Source: Tubulanus polymorphus
Taxonomy: Eukaryota > Animalia > Nemertea
DNA: 64,000 bases
NCBI RefSeq assembly: GCF_964204645.1
Contig: NC_134029.1
Span: forward strand, 18,284,950-18,348,949
Reading direction: 5' to 3'
Under the pieces are notes generated by a model, which was not told where the DNA came from, ran no database searches, and saw only the letters and a list, made by a program, of their open reading frames with translations. Position 1 is the first letter of the stretch; each line of letters begins with the position of its first letter. The position numbers and the translations under genes were made by a program. This document shows positions 55,601 through 63,609 of the stretch, piece by piece.

Positions 55601-58600
55601 TGACGCGTTACATGCATCGGATTATCAGTTCTATATGATACATAATTATGGGACTATCATGGTAGTAGAGATACTACAAGTGTTGTTTGGTGAATGGCTA
55701 GCTACGATATGGCAGGCAGTGTCAAGTTAAGCTGAAAGTAAGAGAACTGTTTTCATAGTTACCCGACAGTTTCAAGGTCGAACAACCACGTTTCGGGGAA
55801 GTATGACCTAATTTCACTTGTTGCTTGTCTTTCTTTTCTCCTACGCTGAACAGAATGATCTTGTTTAATAACTGCACCCCCGGAGGCCATCGGAACTGGC
55901 CCTAGTCAAATCAAGAGAAAATTGAGTCTGAAGTTATAAGCATATTTATAAGAAGCCAAATATCGCAAGACATTCTAGTATGATGCTCCAGACTATGATC
56001 ACGTGGGATATGTATTTTTAGCAAGAAAATGCATGGCCCAGGATTTATCCCAGATGATTCATGTCCTGAGACATTTCATTTGTTGTGAATTTCAAAACAT
56101 ACATTTTATCATCAAAATTTCTTTTAAATAGTTTCACAAGATTATTGTTGTATTATCATGAAAATGGTAGAACTTGTTAACAGAGTGAATAAGCTTGAGG
56201 TTGTGATGATAGATATTGAGGGTTACCATGCTGACTAGAATATCATTCAAAATCAGTTCAAAAAGTCTTATTTCACCAGAAGGATTATCTGAATATGAAG
56301 CAGATGACCAACACCAAAAGCCCTGTTCTATGTTTGAGACTTAAGCCTCAATCGCGAAGAGATGATTCGGCTGGGTAAACAGGCACCGGCCCATTTGGCA
56401 GCCCAGCGAACAACCAAATTTGATCCGGGGGAAAAACGTTTGTGTGTTCATGGTTTCAAGATAGAATTAAACCACCAGTAAGCTAATTCAGATCCTCTGT
56501 AGCAAATTAAAACTTATCTTAAGATTTAATTCCAATTAACTGTTTCAAACCTCTAAGTCAAACATAGAACACGGCTGCAGGTAACCATTTCGTGAAGCTT
56601 TATTTTTATTGAAAATCTATCGAATTAATCCACTAATAACACCGTGATCAGCTATTGAATCACGAATAACGAGGCGATTCATTTCAATAACATAAATCAG
56701 CTTCGCAAAACAGACCACCGATGATTTCTATTTGATATCCTAACTCGTCAATCGCAGAAAAGATACAGGAATCAAATGGTATTATCAGTGATAGTTATGA
56801 TTGATGCATTTGTGAAAGTACCTTGACCACCATCATCATCAAATTCGACTGCATCTGCGATTCTCCAGTAAGCCTCTCTCACTATACCACATGGACGAGT
56901 TTCAATATCAAAATCGCTCATGACCAATGAACCAACATCCTAATATAGTGATTTACGTTAGCAGTGCATATGTTAAGCAAATGATTATGTTACATGCCAT
57001 GGACACATGTTCATGCAAAATATCAAAAGGAAAGTTTTCGAACAGGAAGAAACGAAATCGACATTTCTCAGAATTATTTCACATGCATGAACATGATCCA
57101 AAAGCAAGTTATGTCTTTTCAGCCAGCCTTCAGGGTTTCAATTCGAACATGTGGCATGGAAAAAATTGTGACAAGTAAGAATTCTATAAAGAAGATCTCA
57201 ACATCTCTTTTAAGCCACCCTGGACACTTGCGAATTTTGTCCCCGCAATGCGTTGTGGCAAGGCGTGCCATTTCGGTGGTACATCACAGACATTTAGATG
57301 CTTATGATGCAATGATGCGTGCCGAATATTCGAACATTTTAAAATTCTCTCTACAACATGGCACACCCCCTCGCACCCTTCACACTCCTCACGCTCATTC
57401 CTGATGACTTTAAGTAATGGCACGCTGAAGTGCGTGCCATTGCGGGGACAAAATTAGTGTAAGTGTCGACGTCGCTTTACTCATTCTTACTATTCCAGTG
57501 TCGGACTAGATATAGCGGTATGATATATTTTGACCAAATTTCTGAAATTTGAAGCCCTAATAAATGGCCTTCATGATTAAACATTTAACTGACCGAGCTT
57601 TACTTTAGCTTTCAGCAATTGTCGGGTACGTATCTTTCATTTACAGGCCGATGCTAAATGATACCCTTATCAAACCCTTGAACATGAAAGTAGGTAGCTT
57701 TCCAACAAGAAATAGTATTGCCGAAAAAGGAGGCAACCTTATGAAATCATTTGAATTCCAATCAGCAGAACGCCAACAATTTTTCTGCCAAAACATTTTT
57801 GTCAACGGTATGAATTTTATTTTATTCTTTTTAGTCAGCATAGTTGATTTCACTGACCTAAACGTTAATTGACCCCACAGGGTTGCAGTCAAAAAGATGA
57901 CAAATGAATTCATTTGAAAATGGATTAACACAGATGTTCTATGACGGCCAGAGAAGAACCAGTTTTGTTCCCAGCAGTGAGGTAGGTTCGTAAGGGCCAC
58001 GCCAAATAAATAGTGAAATCAAATTGCTAATTGAAATGAGGAAGAGGGAAAAGTCATGCCTATCTCAAGATTAAAGCTGATACTGAACTTCCAGGTTTAC
58101 CATGATTTGTGAAATATGGAAGAAAGCTAAAATCAATATCGCAGCGCCTTGTTTCAAGTGAAAAATCACTTAATATCAATATGCCTACATCCTGAGTAAC
58201 AAAAAACATGACAATTAAACAGTTTTAGACACAGTTATGTTGATACGCGTATTACTAACTTCTAATCAAAATTCTATGTAAAATGGAGGTCTGTCTGCTT
58301 CTGTTGTCAATAAGAGCTTTGCGATGAATGTTGCTGTTATATGATACAGATAGTCAGATCTGGTGAAAGACCCACTAATACCCTGAAAGCTGGCCGACTA
58401 ATAGACACGGGCACATTGGCGAATTATTACCTGCAGGACCTGGCACACTGGCCCTCGAATACGCTACGACATAAAGAACTTGTTTACAAGGCCTCGTTTC
58501 AATTTCCAAGTCGGTCGAAACTACGAAGCCTAAATCCTAGTATAAGTAGAGGAGAAATCACGATGATTGAATTTCTAGCCGGAAACAATTCAAACCCTTC

Positions 58601-61600
58601 TGGTGAGTGAGCTTGGACCAATAATATCACAAAGTTAATGCATCATGATAACCATGCAGCCCAGGCCTATCAAACTACCAAACCATTCAATATCCTTCAA
58701 CAACGAAAAATAATTACCACGTCGGCCCTGTTTACGTCTCAGTTTTGTTTTCCTATATGCAATAGAAATTGCATGGCATGGTCTGGTTTCGATCTGTAGA
58801 TTGCTTATAACTGTGACACCTACATCCTAGCAAAATTTACGGTTAACTCTTTCAACTCTTCTAAACATTGAACCACTCAATATACAGTACAATATGAAGA
58901 GTAACTGCTAGACTTCAAATACTGACAAACGTTAAATCAGGGAGACCAATGAGCTTGAATAATTCAAAGTCTGAACTATGTATCTTCGACGTGGTTTTGT
59001 TATATCGAGATAACATTCGGTCATTTAGTCATCAAGCAAACCTCTTATGTACCTTCTATTCTCAAATTAGAAGTAGTGGATGTTTTTATACAAGCGACTA
59101 GCACTGACATTAATGAGTTATTGCTAAATTTGTTAATTACAAGTTTCGGCCACAATTCTGTCAATTTATATCCAAACAGCTAAACTACTGAAATCATTTG
59201 AAATGCCTTGACTGAAGTTCTGAATAAACAGCAAACAAGTTAATCTATCGCAAGTAGCAATAGCGCTTATACCACGAGTTTGCAGAGCCAATCATTTATT
59301 CAAAAGTATACCGTCCTAACTAAGGAAGAATAAATATCAGTGTTTTGTTATATAAGTTAAACTAAAATGCCAAAATTCTTCTTTATAGAAAATTCTTCCC
59401 AATCATTTGGTTATCAAATCGACTCATTCAATTCATTTCTACATACAGGTTGGTCAAGGTGATTACAAATTCAGCCAGGAAGGTTAGTTGAATCAGTGAT
59501 TCATTAAGTATTGATACATGATATTAGTGAAAAAGATAAATCAAACTGACTAAAAATCCACAGCATTTGTGGCATATTACCATCTTCCAAAGACGACATA
59601 AGAAACACTACTCTGGGTTCTTTGAAATCGCAAGGTCTCGTTTCAATGTCAAAATCAGTTAATATCGCAAAACTGACATCCTATTCGGGAATACATTTTT
59701 AACAACAAATAGAAACATTTCATTTCACGCAAACAGCAGTAATACATCAAACAAACATTCAATCTCTACTGAATTCAAGCCATATTGATTGAAATTATTT
59801 ACCTTGAACGCTTTGATTGAGTCGTAATACGAACTAGAACGGCCAGACCAAGGAAATCTAACATCACGTCGCTGTCGGTTGTCACCAGGTGGCCCAGCGG
59901 GCATAGGAGGCCCACGAGGATCGTGTCGAATATCTAAAACATTTTAAAAGCAAATTTCACCGAATTTCTACCAAACATATCAGGCATGAATAAGGTGTCA
60001 GACCATCCTTACCATCATCAGCATTTCTGCAGTGATCTCCACCAAATTCAAACGTTTCTGGACGCAGTGAAAATGAATCGACAAGTGAAACCACCTAAAA
60101 TGACCATAGATATATCAAAAATGTCAATATTCATAACTATATAGTCTTGATTCTGTTATAGCCGGTATTCATTCTAATCAACTAACTTTAGCCGGAGTTA
60201 ACTGCTTGTTGGCTTTTAGAAGGTGTACGCTCTTATCGACAACCCCAACACTGCACAATGATCCTGGAGCAGCATTCAGCTTCAGATTAACAGGTGCTCC
60301 AGGAAGCGCTTTTTCCTTCTCAAAATTCAATGAAACCTACCAATACAATAAAAGTGACGTACATGAAAATGGTGAACATATATGTGAAGTGATATACACC
60401 AGTGAACAATATGCCTTGACATTTAATGAAATTTGACATTTACCTTGTTTCGGAAACAACTCGCTACTGCAAATTCTTGACTATCAGCGATAACTTCTCC
60501 ATCGGGCCGTACACTATAAACTAACAGACGAACACCTCCGGACAGTTCTGGTTTGATGAACAACTGAATTGGTGAAAAAAAAAAAAACAACATATAATCA
60601 CTCCATTCACTTCCAGCTGACAGATAGATCTGCAGGGTTTGTAGTAGTAGTAAGGCCGAAGAAAAAGTCAGCAACTATAAGTATTTTAGTAGAAGTAAGC
60701 ACTTGATAAAGCACTTTCATAAAGCATAAGTGATACTTTATCCTTATCTACAACATAAATTGTTGAAACAAATAACAGTCATGGACAACGTTTATACTGG
60801 AATTTTTGAAATTTCTGTGACCATTTTGAAATATCGGTGAAATTTAAGCACTTTCAAAGGCCTTATTAAATTTTTTTTCAAAAGTAAGTGTAAGCACTTT
60901 GAAGCACTTTGGAGACATGCTATGAACCCTGTAAAGCCCAGTGCCCACAGCAAGAAAACCCTAGAAACAATTTTGTGCAAATCTTTTTATTCATTTCGAT
61001 GTCTAGTTCACCTGCTATTGTAACACACGGCGAGTGCAACTAGCCAACAGTGAGTAACTTACATTGATCTTGAAATGGGCAATATGTTTTTGGGTCCTTA
61101 GTTCCTCTCCTTCTTCCTCATTTTCATCGATAATTTCTGTTACTTCATCCGATTCATCTGATTCTTTAAAATGAAATACAAATATGTCATAAAATAATTG
61201 ATACAGCCTCCCATATACTGAATTCATAGTAATCTTATACTTTTTGCATATGTGCATGAATAATCAGGCCCATAACGCGACTGATTATATGGGCCGTTTC
61301 ATTTTCCGAAAAATACGGCCTTTTTGGTGAAACTTCTTGAAATGGCGCTGGAAGGTAAAAGTGTTGCGTCGTGACGGCAAATAAGCCTGCAATTGAAGGA
61401 CTCCTATGGAGTTTTATGCCAGTACTAAATACCTTGTAGGCCTAAGACCGGAAGTAGAGAGGACAAGCCTGGGATTTTATCTAATTCGAGCAAAAGCGGA
61501 GATTTTGGCTGGTTTGTCGAAAAACCCTTTAGTTCGCCCGGAGGACTGATAATCAACTGAGGTATAACTTTTTACCTCCAACTGCTGGTGCTAGTTCTGG

Positions 61601-63609
61601 TTCAGACGCTGTTTCATCAAGTAGATCTCGCTTTCGTCTGCTTGACAATGCTACTTTCACGTCATAGTCATGAATCTTGAAGTAATGCCCAATGCGGCCT
61701 TTTTCAACTACTTCACCGCGTTTTGTCATTGCCTACAAAAAAAACCCAGCAACTATCGAATCACTCGATCCAAAACTACAAACATTAAATGGCAAATCCA
61801 ACAAATGTCATCAAATACCTGATAATAAAATGTAGTGGATGAATCGCTGTCAGTGGTATATGTAACATTGATATCATAAGCTTTGTTACATTCCATTGTG
61901 TTTTCCTGATTAATTATCTGAACGGCGTAACCCGATTTCGAGTACCAATTGCGAATGTGCACCGAATTGTACGAAGAACGCATGCGATGCCTGCTATAGT
62001 CTGTGGAGCTTGGTTCTTGAAATTTAACCTAAAACAGTAACATTCAGAAAAATATTTATCCGAGCGCAGAAAAATGGCAAATCCAGAACAATGAGAATTG
62101 ATACAATTCATGTCTCCCGAATGCATATAAACCAATATGGTTTCTTTCGGAAGAGGATTCAAACCCCTCCATGAATCAAATAATTCTCTGTTAACTCTCA
62201 AAGCTGTAACAATTAAGTATAACACCGAAATATGACACAAAAGTGTTTTTGTCATTTGAGATGTTTTAGAAAATGAAGTCGAACCTCGGCAGAAAGTATC
62301 GAAATGTCAGACTATGTCTGCTCATCCAAAAATCCCTGCCTCCAAATTCAGTAAGGCTGAACAAAAATATTAATCAATAACACATTGGTATAAGAAACCA
62401 TTTGACAATTACCATTATATTCAGTCGTTTGACATGTTCACCTATCTTTGGCAGATATACTGAATAAACACCCTCTTCATTTGTCAAGATTTGCTTTTCT
62501 TGTTCAAGTTCCTTTGAGCCGTCGATATTCAGGGTTATTTCTTGGAAGGCTGCCGGAGTACCGTCTGGTCTTCTTAGTACACCCTACAAAGAATTATCAT
62601 TCACTTTAATTACTCCATACATTCCAACAGCAAATGTACTAACTAAATATGAATACTCCTACATGAAATGATTTAAGGGGTTCGTTCCCTTAACTCAGTG
62701 AATAAGACATACACCTTAAATATTCCTCCTTATTCTGTTAATTGTTCCCAAGTCGGTGAACTTGATAAACCCTGTTATTCCGTTATCATGGTTATAGATA
62801 TTCCCTGTCCAGGTTTAGCACCTTAACATGAACATCCTCCGACCGGAATCTCACCAAAAACTATATGATCTACTCACTTTTCCCATATAAGGCAGTCCAG
62901 GTTTGAAGAAATCTGGCATGCCAGTACTGTCGAATTTAAATCGTTGGGTTTCAAGTGGTGAGCTTGAACTACCATTCAGAATAACGCCTAAATTAGTGAT
63001 AAAAATTTTCATACAATCACTGGGAATTAAGAAAGAAACCATTAACATGTATGGATGATAGAGTAACTGACCCGTGGCGGTCTCTTTTACTTTGGCAAAA
63101 ACGTGTAGCTTCGTATTCCAGACACTCATGGTAGAATCGTTAAGTCCAAGTCGATCAGCTGATAAACTGAACTCAGTGCAGCGGTTTATCTGCGAGCAAT
63201 TGAATGATTGTAGTGAAACAAATATATCAGGAACAAATCTTGCATCTTAAGATATAGACGAAAGATTTCTACATTATCATACGATCAAAGATTTTTCAAT
63301 CAAACGCACCGCTAAGGTACCATCAAAATATTCATATCCATCAAACTAATGGTCACAATGCATTCACAAAATATGCATATTCAGTGGCAGTGATGAATCT
63401 AAGTATTGGCAACATAATATTGTTCAGAACAATCATTTAGCAGCTTTGATAGTCAAAAACTGAGCAGCAAGATTTAATGATCTATTATAGGCATGCTGAC
63501 CTTTTCCTTAAGGGTAACTGGTGGCCTTTGCCGATGAGCAAACCGGTTACCCGACTTGATTTGCAATGTAGCCTCTATATCCCCGATGACAGGTTTTCCG
63601 TAAGTATAC
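46513..63609 (-). CDS. A2M: Alpha-2-macroglobulin-like thioester-containing protein (multi-exon; 5' end lies beyond the window)
   Basis: Hand-spliced GT-AG exons with consistent phases: 63501-63609, 63072-63189, 62878-62987, 62413-62583, 61819-62028, 61576-61732, 61063-61163, 60444-60563, 60187-60336, 60013-60094, 59803-59933, [one of 5 bait exons], 55763-55901, 54787-55015, 54190-54333, 53891-53995, 53569-53617, 53391-53477, 52771-52947, 51549-51757, 51185-51298, 50711-50876, 50025-50458, 49822-49940, 48384-48652, 48055-48278, 47755-47839, 47234-47377, 46513-46682 (TAA). Family motifs: [123 protein letters not shown]. The A2M symbol is family-level, not proven orthology. Confidence 0.95.
46839..47106 (+). 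mobile_element. hAT-like MITE in an A2M intron; second copy at 53093-53341
   Basis: cagggtgccca...ttttatctgacttgcttttccc(c)tgac...aagtggtcaacctg; internal ttccctgac subrepeats shared by both copies. Confidence 0.7.
47234..47377 (-). CDS. C-terminal exon (NTR/C345C-like, part 2)
   Basis: VYKTMILRDGRVRLMAKFGANIRGKVIVNKYVKYEMDGMCNCDFFEAD; gtaaga donor. Confidence 0.8.
47755..47839 (-). CDS. C-terminal Cys-rich exon (NTR/C345C-like, part 1)
   Basis: DKKLGCPVCVTVDSAAVNITTLYCDHAS; aag/gtatgt; phase 0->1. Confidence 0.8.
48055..48278 (-). CDS. End of MG8 plus C-terminal linker exon
   Basis: DLNVIQDYSILPGCKRLTATKEDLPHLTQEEFDRLS...KVAVEENQ|gt. Confidence 0.8.
48384..48652 (-). CDS. A2M receptor-binding (MG8) exon
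   Basis: [23 protein letters not shown]...VYLYYNELT...AKPGYVKVYDYYET. Confidence 0.95.
49822..49940 (-). CDS. A2M-like exon (start of MG8)
   Basis: ASVKYNIKKSVKLTPAFTLNTIVSRKRGECKKRSIGICT. Confidence 0.9.
50025..50458 (-). CDS. A2M-like TED/CUB exon
   Basis: GMTHWQR...[13 protein letters not shown]...[33 protein letters not shown]...GTGCALLQ. Confidence 0.97.
50711..50876 (-). CDS. A2M-like TED exon
   Basis: STAVVAAVGCLESQTIDQTDPYLVALMAYTYSLYNPSSKKALDLMAVLLTLSINS. Confidence 0.9.
51185..51298 (-). CDS. A2M-like TED exon carrying the catalytic-position His
   Basis: VGRVLHKDMKGGLSGGSSTVGLTTFVLMAMLEAGLGSE. Confidence 0.92.
51549..51757 (-). CDS. A2M-like TED exon
   Basis: [46 protein letters not shown]...QLENGCFPQ. 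Confidence 0.97.
52771..52947 (-). CDS. Thioester exon (GCGEQ at 52877-52891)
   Basis: [38 protein letters not shown]...HMKRG. Confidence 0.97.
53391..53477 (-). CDS. A2M-like exon
   Basis: DYRGYSTTFDLNLPENLVPDSARAQLSVVG. Confidence 0.9.
53569..53617 (-). CDS. A2M-like small exon (start of CUB)
   Basis: AEGIEEEYSLSSLVCP; 49 nt. Confidence 0.85.
53891..53995 (-). CDS. A2M-like exon
   Basis: AYSSDKSLVCGNIILTQTLTGEGASDAVVRQLLVE. Confidence 0.9.
54190..54333 (-). CDS. A2M-like exon (MG7)
   Basis: IDLTLRHSDDYTINGTNNAAVCVCANEQKSHTFYVIPKTLGKVNITVY. Confidence 0.92.
54787..55015 (-). CDS. A2M-like exon (MG6b/MG7)
   Basis: [20 protein letters not shown]...[35 protein letters not shown]. Confidence 0.95.
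55763..55901 (-). CDS. A2M-like exon (constant 3' bait part plus FPETW)
   Basis: [47 protein letters not shown]; starts in phase 1. Confidence 0.92.
56262..56312 (-). promoter_or_regulatory. Candidate intronic docking site for mutually exclusive splicing
   Basis: Pre-mRNA CCUUCUGGUGAAA (56271-56283) is complementary to intron segments at 58596-58606 and 58359-58368. Confidence 0.45.
56343..56455 (+). mobile_element. Internally deleted MITE 'agccgcgatcacac' copy in an A2M intron
   Basis: aagcctcaatcgc...aaaaacgtttgtgtgttcatggtt. Confidence 0.5.
56822..56939 (-). CDS. Alternative bait-region exon E
   Basis: ag|DVGSLVMSDFDIETRPCGIVREAYWRIADAVEFDDDGGQ G|gtactt; 118 nt, phase 0->1. Confidence 0.88.
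57212..57478. mobile_element. MITE between bait exons D and E
   Basis: gacacttgcgaattttgtccccgcaatg ... cattgcggggacaaaattagtgtaagtgtc inverted ends. Confidence 0.7.
58101..58191 (-). CDS. Alternative bait-region exon D
   Basis: ag|DVGILILSDFSLETRRCDIDFSFLPYFTNH G|gtaaac; 91 nt, phase 0->1. Confidence 0.85.
58431..58536 (-). CDS. Alternative bait-region exon C
   Basis: ag|DLGFVVSTDLEIETRPCKQVLYVVAYSRASVPGPA G|gtaata; 106 nt, phase 0->1. Confidence 0.88.
58718..58826 (-). CDS. Alternative bait-region exon B
   Basis: ag|DVGVTVISNLQIETRPCHAISIAYRKTKLRRKQGRR G|gtaatt; 109 nt, phase 0->1. Confidence 0.88.
59581..59680 (-). CDS. Alternative bait-region exon A
   Basis: ag|DVSFAILTDFDIETRPCDFKEPRVVFLMSSLED G|gtaata; 100 nt, phase 0->1. 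Confidence 0.88.
59803..59933 (-). CDS. A2M-like exon with RQRR processing site; last constant exon before the bait cassette
   Basis: DIRHDPRGPPMPAGPPGDNRQRRDVRFPWSGRSSSYYDSIKAFK; ends in phase 0. Confidence 0.88.
60013..60094 (-). CDS. A2M-like exon (linker)
   Basis: VVSLVDSFSLRPETFEFGGDHCRNADD; phase 0->1. Confidence 0.8.
60187..60336 (-). CDS. A2M-like exon (MG6a, VDKSV)
   Basis: [50 protein letters not shown]. Confidence 0.92.
60444..60563 (-). CDS. A2M-like exon (end of MG5)
   Basis: LFIKPELSGGVRLLVYSVRPDGEVIADSQEFAVASCFRNK. Confidence 0.92.
61063..61163 (-). CDS. A2M-like acidic exon
   Basis: ESDESDEVTEIIDENEEEGEELRTQKHIAHFKIN; phase 1->0 is required to link the neighbouring exons; gtaagt donor. 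Confidence 0.8.
61576..61732 (-). CDS. A2M-like exon with RRKR furin site
   Basis: AMTKRGEVVEKGRIGHYFKIHDYDVKVALSSRRKRDLLDETASEPELAPAVG. Confidence 0.85.
61819..62028 (-). CDS. A2M-like exon
   Basis: VKFQEPSST...RNWYSKSGYAVQI...ECNKAYDINVTY...TFYYQ. Confidence 0.85.
62413..62583 (-). CDS. A2M-like exon (MG4)
   Basis: GVLRRPDGTPAAFQEITLNIDG...TNEEGVYSVYLPKIGEHVKRLNIM; phase 0->0. Confidence 0.85.
62878..62987 (-). CDS. A2M-like exon (FKPGLPY, MG4)
   Basis: VILNGSSSSPLETQRFKFDSTGMPDFFKPGLPYMGK; gtgagt donor. Confidence 0.9.
63072..63189 (-). CDS. A2M-like exon
   Basis: INRCTEFSLSADRLGLNDSTMSVWNTKLHVFAKVKETATG; phase 0->1. Confidence 0.85.
63501..63609 (-). CDS. A2M-like exon (YTYGKPV, MG3 region)
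   Basis: ag/gt flanked; YTYGKPVIGDIEATLQIKSGNRFAHRQRPPVTLKEK. Confidence 0.9.

Noticed and set aside
56227-56288. Additional small exon after bait exon E (DNPSGEIRLFELILNDILVSM)
   Set aside because: It is 62 nt and ends in phase 0, incompatible with the phase-1 constant exon. It overlaps the candidate docking site instead.
57118-57185. Another bait exon containing ...VRIETL...
   Set aside because: Wrong phase, no D-x-G start or Cys, and an in-frame stop before any donor.
46513-63609. Complement C3 or CD109 identity
   Set aside because: There is no Cys-rich anaphylatoxin domain between RQRR and FPETW and no hydrophobic GPI-signal C-terminus. Cysteine pattern and motifs fit the A2M subgroup better; phylogeny is needed to be certain.
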